From Blastocladiella emersonii ATCC 22665 (lineage: Eukaryota > Fungi > Blastocladiomycota), in assembly GCA_025594325.1 (NCBI GenBank), contig JANHCV010000014.1, positions 496,001 through 560,000 of the forward strand: 64,000 nucleotides of DNA, read 5' to 3'. Every line of letters starts with the position of its first letter. Positions within the stretch are counted from its first letter, which is position 1. Positions 22,904 through 33,340 of the stretch are shown piece after piece. The notes under the pieces are model-generated. The model was not told the origin of the DNA and did no database searches. It saw nothing but the letters and a program-made list of their open reading frames with translations. Made by a program: the position numbers and the translations under genes.

Positions 22904-24688
22904 TCACGGCCACCGCAACGCGGCCTCGTCGAGCTCGGGATACTTTCTCGCGCGTGCCTTGGCGAGGGCGGCGCGGACCACGGCGAGGTCGACGCGCAGG
23001 CGGTACGTGCGTTTCCCGGACCCGGGGTCGTGGCCGTCGGGGACCAGCATGCCGTGGTACTGCAGCGTGGTGACGATGTCGTCGGCGGTCATGCCCGTGC
23101 GGTGCGAGATGGCGTTGATGGAGCACGCGGTCGCGGGGCCGTCATGGCGCGCGCCGCGTTTGCTGCTGCTGCTGTTGCCGCCGCTTCGTTTGCTCGAGGT
23201 TGGTGGTGGTGGTGGTGCGGCGGAAGCAGCGAGCGGGTCGCCGTTCTCGTCGATGCCGAGAACCGCGAGGAGCGCGGAAAAGACCTGGGTGCGCCAGTAG
23301 CTGCGGTACGAGAAGGCGCCGAGGTCCGAGAGCGGTTTCTCGGGGGTTCCGGGCCGGTGGTCGCGGCGCGAGAGGAGGTACGAGAAGGCGATGAGGTACT
23401 GGCCGTACCCCTTGCGCTGGTGCGGCGGGAGCGTCATGATACACGACAGGTTGTAACCCGCGACGGACCGCTTCTCTTTCGAGAAATACCCGACGAGGCG
23501 ACACCCGTCGGCGTCGTTCTCGGTCAGCACGTAGAAGAGGAACGGCTCGACGTCGTAGTACAGGGTCTTGTGGTCGAGGAACATTTTCGCGAGCAGGCAC
23601 AGGTTCTGGCAGTAGACTTTGGCCAGCCGCCCGTCGACCTCGAAGATGCTCCGGTTGTGCGCCGCGTCGCGGTAGATCTCGCGCCCGGGCGGGAACCGCG
23701 ACGGGCATTTCGCGGAGTGCCGCGACACGACGAACCCGCTGTTCATGTACTTGAGGCAGAACGGGCACAGGTACAGGACGCGCCCGCGCGTGTACTCTTC
23801 CGGGTACGGCGCGCTGTACCAGGTGCGCATCCGGTACCGCCCGAGGATCAGGTGCTCGATGTTGTTGCTGCGGTCGGTCCGCTGGTTGACGGGCGGTGGC
23901 GGGGCCGGCCGGTCGCGCCCGTCGCGCTCCCCCTCCTCCCCCTCCTCCTCGTCGCGTCGTGGCGGCCAGTCGAGCACATCCGGCTGCACGTTCGCCGTGA
24001 CCGCGGTAATCTCGGCGCGGTCGGCGTCGGTCGGGCGGAACCGCGTGTTGTCGGCCTCGCGCGCCGACAGCTGGCCGCCGAAGAAGCGGCGGAGTTCCGG
24101 GACGCGCGCGAGCGGGTTGTACTCGGGCAGCCCGAGCGGCAGGGGTTTCCCGAGACACCGCGGGCACTTGTAGGGCCGCGCCGTCGAGATGGACGGGTTC
24201 CCCAGACACGCCGTGTGGTAGATGCGGTCGCACCCGACGCAGTGGACCGACGGGACCGCGGGCGGTTTGCTGGTGCGTTGCGAGGAGGAGGAGGGGGCGG
24301 ACCGGGGCGCGGATCGGCTTGAGGAAGAAGAGGGCGCGGTGGTGGAGGGGGGTTCCTAGACACACTCCGCGGCGAGCGTCAGGGACGAGTCTGGCCGGGT
24401 TTCGGGGGAAAGAAAGACGTACGGGCTCGGCGTCGGGCGGCTTGTCGCACACGGCGCACGTCTTGCACTCGCCGCAGCACCACGCGTACTCGCGCGCGTG
24501 CACCTCGCACTCCTCGGAGAACTCGAGGCACGACGGGTGGACTACGCGGGGCGGGCGGGTCAGCGCGATCGCGGTACGACACGGCCAGAGAGCGTACAAT
24601 AGCGCTTGCACGTGGCGCAGTGCAGCGTGCGCTCGTCGTTGACGAGGCGGCACTCGTGGCACGCGGCGCGGTCGCGGAGCAGGTTCAT
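22904..24688 (-). CDS. MYST histone acetyltransferase with N-terminal double PHD finger (KAT6/MOZ/Sas3-like), 3 exons
   Basis: [71 protein letters not shown]. Upstream exons encode CHEC...HCATC...HPSC...[12 protein letters not shown]...[13 protein letters not shown]...YKCPRC. Confidence 0.9.
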
Positions 24689-24978
24689 GGGGCTCGCGCG
24701 CGCTTGTTGCGCCGAGTCGTTGGTTGGTTACGTGGCGTTTGGGGGGTGTAGAGGACGCGTGGCCGTCGTAGGTTGCCGTGAGTGAGCCGGGTCGGCCGGC
24801 CGTGCGTGCGGGGGTGGGCGAGTGCGGCGGCACGGCGGCGGCGGCGACCGCCCAGGGGCGAACAGCTGAACTGAACGCGCCGCGGTCGCCACGCTGGCAC
24901 CCGCTTCTTCCTCGCCGCGCTCTCTCTCTCTCCCGACCCCGCAAACCAAACCGGCTTCCATGTATCTGACCCGCTAGT

Positions 24979-25749
24979 ATGGTCCGCTCATCCATCATCA
25001 CGCGGCTGGCCGACGGCCTCCCGCTCGCCGCGTCCATGGACGACGCGCAGGTCCGTCCTTTGCTTTGCGCGCGCCGCACTCGACCAGGCGCCTCTCACAC
25101 CCTCTTGGGGGAACCTAGACGGAGGCGCAGCTGCGCGACGCCAAGAACCAGGCCAAGCAGCTGATGCTCAAGCTGTCGCCGCAGTCGGAGCCGCGGTGCT
25201 CGATTGAGGCGGGCGCCGTGTCGTTCCAGTACGCCCCTCTCCCCCTCTCCCTTCCCCCACCCCACTAACACGGCCCCGTGTAGCTACATGGTCGAGAACG
25301 GCGTGTGCTACCTGACGATCTGCGACCGCGCGTACCCGCGCAACCTGGCCTTCGATTTCCTGTCGGAACTCTCGCGCGAGTTCTTTTCCGCGCACGGGCA
25401 CGACGTCGCGACCGCGACGCGCCCTTACGCGTTCGTCAAGTTCGACACGCTGATGCAGAAGCTGCGTCGCCAGTACCAGGACACGCGCAACGCGGGCCAC
25501 CTGCAGCGGCTCAACGAGGACCTGAACGACGTGACGCGCATCATGACCAAGAACGTCGAGGACCTGCTGTACCGCGGCGACTCGCTCGACCGGATCGGGG
25601 CCATGAGCGACGCGCTCCGGGACTCGTCGCTCAAGTACCGCAAGGACGCGCGCAAGTTGCGCCTCGAGGCCATGTACCGCACCTACGGGCCACCGGCGGT
25701 CGTGGTACTGGTCGTCCTGCTGGTGCTGTACCTGCGCTACCTCTACTGA
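24979..25749 (+). CDS. SEC22: Longin R-SNARE Sec22 (3 exons)
   Basis: MVRSSIITRLADGLPLAASMDD, YPRNLAFDFLSEL, RPYAFVKFD, VTRIMTKNVEDLLYRGDSLD and a C-terminal TM segment. Confidence 0.93.
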
Positions 25750-25793
25750 GTCGCTCTTCGAATGAATTGATCGCTGTTTGTGTACATGAACAA

Positions 25794-26995
25794 TCACTCC
25801 TGCGCAGTCGGCACATCAAACGCATCAGCAAACACCCGCGGCAACGCATCCAGCACCGCGCCCGTGGTTGTGCCGCGCCCGTGCTCCCCAAACGCGCGGT
25901 TGGACGCCATGCGCGTCACGGCGCACGCCGCCCACATGCTGTGCACCGACAACCCCTCCCCGCCCTTGATCCGGTCCCACGCGAGAAACGTCGCGAGCGC
26001 GCCCGTCAGCACGTCGCCCTGCCCGCCGAACCGCCGCAGCCCGCCGTCCTCGTTACACGCTGCCGCGTGCAGGGTCCCGTTGACCTCCTGGGAGATACGG
26101 TCAACCTTGCCCTTCTCAACCACCGCGACCCCGCCGAGCTGCGCCACCACGTCGCGCAGGGTCGCGTCGCCGGGGAGCCGCAGCGCGTCGAGCAGGCGGC
26201 GGAACTCGGCCACGTTCGGCGTCAGGACCGCGTGCGGGTAGCCGCGGATGATGTTTGGGTCTTGCGCGACGAGGTACAGCGCGTCCTAAGGCCACGAGTT
26301 AGCGCCGCGGCGCGAGACTCGGCCGAAAAGCGTACCGCGTCAAGCACAACCGGCATCCCGCGCTCCTTCACCGCCGCCAAAATCCCGCGCGCGAGCTGCA
26401 TCATGACGGGGTCGCGCCCGAGTCCCGGGCCCAGGACGACGCAGTGGAACCGCGGGAGCAGGTCGGCCACGCGTTTCACGATGTCTTCGGGGGAAGCCGG
26501 ACGCAGCGGCAGCGAGTCGGACGTGCGCAGGTACGGGTGCACGATCAGCTCGGGCGAGTACGACTTGATCACGGGGCCCGCGGTCACGTCGCAGATGACG
26601 TGGGATAGGTCTGCGCCCTAAGATGAAGGAGGGGTGAGAGGGAGAGGGGAGGATGGGGAGGGGGATGAGGGGAGGCGGACCAGCTTGAGCGACGCCATGG
26701 CCGAAAAGTACGGCGCGCCCGTGTACCTGCTCCACAGGTGAGTCTCAGCGCGATACCGACGGTCACGACGGCGAGGCGTACTCTTCGCACCCGCCGATCA
26801 CGGCGACTCGGCCTACGCAACAGCGTCAGCATCGCCCTCACGCAGCGCGGCGGCGAACGTACCGCACTGCCCCTTGTACAGCTCGTGCGACAGGACGGGC
26901 ACCGTGGCGCGGAACGCCGCGAGGTGTGCTGCGCGCTGCGACGCCAGGAGTGAATGCATCGGGTTCGGGTTGGGTTCGTCGCCGTCGTGCTCCAT
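25794..26995 (-). CDS. NAXD: NAD(P)H-hydrate dehydratase (YjeF C-terminal / CARKD family), multi-exon
   Basis: [86 protein letters not shown]. Confidence 0.92.
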
Positions 26996-27169
26996 GGTTG
27001 CAAAGGGTGGCGGTGAGGAGAACGCGTCTCGGAACGCGCCGCGGCGAGGCCATGACCGCGTGCGCCGGGTCGGCTGTGACGGTCCGAGGATCCCGAGGGC
27101 GAGCCGCCCGTACAAAACCCCATCGTCGCCCCCCACCGGCTCTCTCTCCCCACCGATGCAACGTACTGA

Positions 27170-29256
27170 ATGACCACCATGCTCCGCATCCCGTTCACGC
27201 TTCCGCCCGCGTCCGAGCTGCAAGCGCTCGTCGCCCGGCTCCCTCCGGCGCCCGCGCACCTCGCCGTCGCGTCGTACACCCCGCCGTCGTGCCACTCCGA
27301 CCTGGCCCTCGAACGGTCGCGCGCCGGCGCCAAGGCGCTCGCCGAGGACGTGTCGCTGCTCATCCACGACGACGACGCGCTGGTGCGCGAGTTCAAGCGG
27401 CGGCTCAACGGCGTCCTCGAGCTGCTGCCGACGGTCGGCGCGCCGCAGGTCAGCTACTTTCTCAACAAGGAGCAGCTGTACGCGCGCGCGTGCCGCGCCA
27501 TGGCCGAGATCCTGGGGGTCGTGCGCGAGTACGCGATCCCGCGCGCGATGCAGGTGCTCGTCTGGGAGGCGGCCGGCGAGCTCGTCCCGCTGTTCCTCCA
27601 CTGCGGCATGTTTATCCCGACGATCGAGAATTTGGGGTCCGAGGAGCAGAAGCGCGAGTGGCTGCCCAAGTGTCTCGACCTCACCATGATTGGCGCGTAT
27701 GCGCAGACGGAGGTCGGGCATGGGTCCAACGTTGCGGTACGGTTTCGCGGAGAGCTCGTGTGGGAGCGAGCAAAAGGAGCACCAGGAGTAGCGCTGACGA
27801 GTCGAAACGCGTGTGTGAACAGGGCCTCGAGACGACCGCGACCTTCGACCCGGCCACCGACGAGTTCATTATCGAAACCCCGACCCTCACCGCTTACAAG
27901 TGCTGGCCCGGCGCGCTCGCGCACACGGCCAACCACGCGCTGGTCCTCGCGCAGATCGTGGTCGCCGGAAAGTCGCATGGCGTGCACCCGATCATGGTCC
28001 AGCTCCGCGACCACGGCTCCCACGAGCCCCGCGCCGGTGTCTCGCTCACGGATCTCGGACCCAAGCTGTCGTTCAATACGATGGACAATGGATTCCTCTC
28101 CCTCAAGGGCGTCCGGGTGCCGCGGACCAACCTCCTCGGCGGCTCGCTGCGCGTGACGTCGTCGGGCGCCGTCACCCCCGTCGCGGCGTCGGCGCTCGTG
28201 TACAAGACGATGCTGCAGATGCGCGCGGGCATCGTCATGGGCGCGTCGCAGGCGCTGTGGCGCGGGTGCACCGTCGCGACGCGGTACTCGGTCGTGCGCC
28301 GCCAGTTTGCCGCCGACCCCTCGACTTCGGCGGGTGAATCCGCCATCCTCGACTACGAGTCGCAGCAGTACAAGATCGCGGTCCCGCTCGCCGCCTCGTT
28401 CGCGTTCCATTTCGCGGGGCGCACCGTCGACGCCCTCGTCGCGAGCGCGGGGACCGAGACCCGCGCGCTGCGCCACGCGCATATCGTCTCGTCGTGCCTC
28501 AAGGTCGTCACGACCAACGCCACGACCACGTACCTCGAGACCCTGCGCCGCGCGCTCGGCGGGCACGGGTACGCCAAGACGGCGGGGCTCGCGGACCTCG
28601 CGACGACCTACGCCCAGATGGTCACGGTCGAGGGCGAGAACACGGTGCTCGCGCGCCAGGTCGTCCGCGCGTTTGCGAAACCCGATCACGGGCTGTTCGC
28701 CGAGTCCGCCGCGGTCCCCGTCGTGGCCGACTGGACGGACGCGTCCGCTGTCGCCGCATTCCTCGAGTCCCGCGCGACCGCGCAGATCACACGGTACCGC
28801 GCGACGCGGTCGCTCGTCGTGTGCGACGCCATGTGCACGACGGCCGGGTGGGCGCTGGTGTTCCGCGCGCTGGCCCGCGGGATCGCCGAAACCGCGGACC
28901 GCCCCGTCGCGCGGATCCTGCGCCCGTGTGTCGCGGTCCTCGCGTCGCACGTCGTGCTCGAGGCAACGGCCGAGGTCGGCGGCGACTTGACGCGCGACGA
29001 CGTGTCGCGGCTGTACGCGGCGCAGGCCGAGGGGCTCAAGGCGATCCGCCCGTGGCTCGTCGCGGTCACGGACGGGTTCGGGTTCACGGACCGCGAGATG
29101 GCCGCGGCCGCGGGCCGGAGTGATGGGAACGTGTACGAGACGATGCTGCAGTGGGCCAAGGAGCACGAGCCGCTCAACCGCCATCGTGTTAACCCGGCGT
29201 TCAAGGAGTTTATGGTGCCGCTCATGGGGAAGGGTGTCGGTGCGTCTAAGCTGTAA
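27170..29256 (+). CDS. Peroxisomal acyl-CoA oxidase (2 exons)
   Basis: IGAYAQTEVGHGSNVA/GLETTATFD (intron 27737-27822), KCWPG, MDNGFL, RYSVVRRQF, LRRALGGHGY, TVEGENTVL, and C-terminal PTS1 SKL. Confidence 0.93.
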
Positions 29257-29923
29257 TTGAGGGTGTTGTTCGGAATGTATGGTTATTTTTGCTTCACGCG
29301 TTGGTCACATCGCAACGGACCACCTGACCGGCTCGCGCTGGTTCCCCAGCCTCGCGGCTGAAGGCCGCTTCCCTTCTCCTCCCCAGCTAGTCCTTCGACC
29401 ACTCTCGAGCGCCATGTAACTTAATGCAATCTACCGAGGAGCAGCCTGATTGTCTGATTATCCCACGGACGACTATGCCTAAGACATACGACTCGGCTCA
29501 GCTTGACTCTGGTCTGGGATCCTGCTCAAAGCCACGACTCCCCATGCCCAAACTCATTGTCTTCAAGTTGCTCGATGCACTTGCAACCGAAGTGGAGCAG
29601 TTTCCACCTGGACGGTGTTTGGAGTACCGAGTCCGCGGACGCCGCATCATTCATTTTACCCATTCGAGCGATTGTGACGCGTTCAAGCTGGTAACTGTCC
29701 CGTTGCCTACACGAGCCGCAGAACCATGTTGCATTGCGTTGCCGCGTGAGCGTCCGCCGTGGAACCAAGCATCATACGGCTTGCACTTTTAAGGCTGCGC
29801 CCAGCTGTGATTTTCATCCAGAACCTCTACGTCACAAAGCGCCTGATTGCACGGGCACACCTGCTTCCCTAGCCGATCTTGACTGGTGCTCCACCTACAC
29901 CACGGCAAGAACTTTAAACTATA

Positions 29924-31296
29924 CGGTCGTTTCCACTCAGAAATGAACAGGCTGGCTGAGTGGCTGCGTTTCGGTCCCCGGATGCGCCTCAGTTGAGCTT
30001 TTTTTCGCTCGCTCGCGCGCTCGAAACGGTCCCCGGTTGCGCCTTTTCGCTGCCCTCCCGCGGCCTCGGCCCGCGGAGCCCCCCGCAACACATCACGTGC
30101 GCTCACACCACGCAACCGACGCGTCCCGGGACGCGCTTTTGCAGCTGTGGGGGATCATTGCCAGCGAAACAGCGATCACGGAAGACTTGGACAGAATGCA
30201 CATGGATATGACGATCACAAACTCGCCGCTGTCCGCATGCACTGGGAGGAAACAGTTGTATGGCAAAAGAGCGGAACAGCGGGAACACGAGGGGCGAAAT
30301 CAAGGGAGGTAAGAGAGGTAAGGGGGAGAAGGTAGGAGGTGTGGAGGGGTGCGTGGCGAGGTCCTGCGTGCCCTGGTCGGGCGGCGCGGCCTCGTCGTCG
30401 TTGCGGCGTTGCTGTGACGACGAAACTGTCCAACTGCTGCTCATGAACACCGTGCTGTTGCTGCCGCCGCCCGAGAAGACCACCGTACTGCTGGTGCTGC
30501 TGCTACGGCTGCTTTAAGAGTGGCCCACTGCCGTGCCACTGGCAGCCGTAGTACTGATCGCTTTGCCGCCGCGTCAACGCGCTCATGCATTGCTGGCCGT
30601 TGAACTGCAGCCTGCCGTGTTCCGTGCCGCCAAACGACTGACCGCCGCCTGCCGTGTTGCGTGCCGCCTAATTACTGACCGCCGTGGTGATACTGCTGCT
30701 GCAAGCGCGAGGCGCCGCCGTACAGCTGGCCGTTGTCCCGCTGCAACAGCATGTTGGGGAACTGCTGGTCGCCGTGCTGCCACTGCTGCTGCGACGATGG
30801 ACATTCTACGCGCTTGAGACGCAAGGGCACCGCGTCTGCAACAGTGGCGCGCCTGACAGAAGCCGCGCGCGGTGTGCACCACGCGTTCGAGACGCAAGGC
30901 CACCACGACTGCGATCATGGCGCGTCGTGGGATACGCGCTCGCGTCAAACGTGCAACTGCATGACTTATACATTCATTGAGATCTACACTCCCGTTGTGC
31001 CAGCATCCACTCGACGACAGGCACCCCCCGGCCTCGCGTTAGCGCGTCGCGCACCTGCTCACGCGTGCGTGTCCGTTGCAAGAGCGCGTCCCGAGACGCG
31101 TCGGTTGCGTGGTGTGAGCGCACGTGATGCGTTGCGGGGGGCTCCGCGGGCCGAGGCCGCGGGAGGGCAGCGAAAAGGCGCAACCGGGGACCGTTTCGAG
31201 CGCGCGAGCGAGCGAAAAAAAGCTCAACTGAGGCGCATCCGGGGACCGAAACGCAGCCACTCAGCCAGCCTGTTCATTTCTGGGTGGAAACGACTG
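29924..31296. mobile_element. Non-autonomous Tc1/mariner-type DNA transposon (1373 bp) with ~220-bp TIRs, TA target duplication and internal cargo
   Basis: TA flanks at 29922-29923 and 31297-31298; ends TA|CGGTCGTTTCC ... GGAAACGACTG|TA (CAGT-type). TIRs 29924-30145 and 31075-31296 differ at about five positions, all transitions. Internal direct repeats cggtccccgg(a/t)tgcgcc at 29972 and 30027. No transposase. Confidence 0.8.
30611..30683. repeat. Imperfect ~36-bp tandem repeat within the transposon cargo
   Basis: cctgccgtgttccgtgccgccaaacgactgaccgcc (30611-30646) and cctgccgtgttgcgtgccgcctaattactgaccgcc (30648-30683). Confidence 0.85.
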
Positions 31297-31370
31297 TATC
31301 TCTCGCCGACTTGGACCCCCGAACGCCGCTTCATCGCGTGTATTCACCTCGCACTTGGTCAATCATCTCC

Positions 31371-31652
31371 TCACCCGCTCTTCCAGCACACGAACCCGGC
31401 TCTTGATCTCGCCCACCCGCTGCCGGCCTCCTCGAGTTCTCCGCGCTTCGTTCGACGTTTGCACGATGCTCTCGCTCCGCGGCACCGGATCGCGTTTCGG
31501 ATGCTTTGGGATGGATCGCGTTTCTTCCCGTTTGCCGGTCGATGGCGCGGTGTTCCAGGTCTTCGAATGCGCGGACGGCCCGAGGTTGCGGGCGACTTGG
31601 TGGGTGGGCGAGGTCGCGAGCCGGATTTACACGCATGGAAAGCGGGTTGATG
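31371..31652. repeat. MITE-like unit 1 with imperfect ~50-bp inverted repeats
   Basis: ccggctcttgatctcgcccaccc (~31396-31418) pairs with gggtgggcgaggtcgcgagccgg (~31602-31624); weaker pairing extends outward. Confidence 0.55.
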
Positions 31653-32584
31653 CCTGTGCTGTTGATGGACGCGTTTGAGTGAGAATAGCATACACTCAGC
31701 TTGTCAACAGTCGACGAGATAGAACGAATTGCATCTTTAGCTCGTCGGGTCCATTTCACGAGAAGCAGGGCGGCAACGACCGGCACGCGCCGCTCATCTG
31801 CACGTGTCGCTCGTGCCCGATCGTTCGGCCTGAAACAGGGATAGGCGCGCCCACGTGGGCACACAGCCCCGAGCCGTGCACACTCGCGTGCGCGGACACC
31901 GGCCGCAGCCCCGGGTCCAGCGGCGGATCAAAAAGGGAGCGCAGCCCCGCTCACACACGTCAGCTTTCCCGCCGGCCTTCAAACCTACCGCTTGAGCTCG
32001 GTCCGCGACGGGCTCGCCGCCATGGGCGAGGGCTCGTCGCGTTCAACACGGCGCGGGCCTCGGTTGGGTACGCAGTCCATCACGATGATCTGCAGCATTC
32101 GTCCATGAAACTCACGTTCCGCTCCTTCACCTTTGTAGCGACTCGTTCGCGCGGCAGCGGCGCGAGGCGTGAATCGCGCTCCACCTGCGTCAAGGTGCCG
32201 GCCCTCGCGGCCACGGTGAACATGCCCGCAACACTCGCCCCGTACCCAAGGTGCACGACCGTGATCATGGTCACTCCGCTTGGGGCGCTCGATGCAGTGT
32301 TCGCGGGCACGAGGCGGCTCAAGGTCATCCTTTCCAGTTCATCGCCCAAACGCAGCGGCGGCAGCAGGCGCTCCCGGTGCCACCGTGTCAAGTGGGGAGC
32401 AGGTGCCTCAGGTGTCGCGCCGTGTGTCGCTCTCGCATTTCGTTACCACTCGTCGCGTTGCCGCAGAGGCAGACCAAGGCGTTGAAGTACCGGTGAATCT
32501 CGTGATCAACCCGTAGCTGTTCGTGGTTTCTCCCCTGGTACTCTCGCTATTCTCTGTGCCGCCACTCTACCGCGCATGCGGACC

Positions 32585-32824
32585 CGACCCGCGACCTCGC
32601 CCACCCGCCGCCAACGCGCGACCCGCGGTTCGCGGCGGCACGCTCCGTTCGCGCGCGCGACTCGGTGGCCGAGTCCAGCAGGGGCACACGGTCGCGCTCA
32701 TGATGCTCGGGGCGGATCGCGTTCCGCCTCTGCGCTGCTGAACTGGACGATCGAGTCGCGCAACGAGCTGTTGCCGCGGATGGGGAGTGCAGGCAATCGG
32801 GCGGGTGGGCGAGGTCGCGGGTCG
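32585..32824. repeat. MITE-like unit 2 (240 bp) with perfect 25-bp inverted repeats, related to unit 1
   Basis: cgacccgcgacctcgcccacccgcc (32585-32609) and its exact reverse complement (32800-32824); shares the interior words gatgctc and ggatcgcgtt with unit 1. Confidence 0.65.
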
Positions 32825-33340
32825 AATCGGCTCGCGGGGCGTGATTCCGGCTACGTGTGAATACATTTTGCGTTTGAAGCTGAGCACTAGGGTGATTTGA
32901 GGGGACTGAGGGCGCGAGCGAGGAACGCGAGGCGAAACGCGACGCGTTCGGAAATCAGGTGACTGGGCGCGCATGGACGCGTCTCGCTTTTCTCCCCCTC
33001 CCCCCCCCCCCCCTCCTTTCGGCGCACCGGAGACAAACGACCTCATAGAGTGTCCCACGATCACCCACCTCGCCTCGCCTCGCCGCGTAATATCACGGCC
33101 GCCCCACGCGCGCTGATAAATGACCCACCACCCCATGCATCGCACTCGCACTCGCACTCGCTGAACGAACCATTGCTCGGATCGGATCGGCCGCCACCTC
33201 ACCTCACCTCATGCAACTTTGCGACCATCGTCGACTGACGTGATCTACGACTTTCGGGATCCACACCACCTCCCGCCTGCCCGCTTGCCCCTCCATGGTC
33301 GCTCGTCCACGGTTGGCAAGCGGCCCCGTCACCCTTCCGA

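Noticed and set aside
29424-29792. 122-aa ORF left of the Tc1-like element, and a 103-aa ORF at 32080-32391
   Set aside because: No transposase or other motifs; the lengths are unremarkable at this GC content.
32993-33012. Long C run, and nearby short microsatellites (cgcact, cctca)
   Set aside because: Simple sequence typical of promoters and UTRs.
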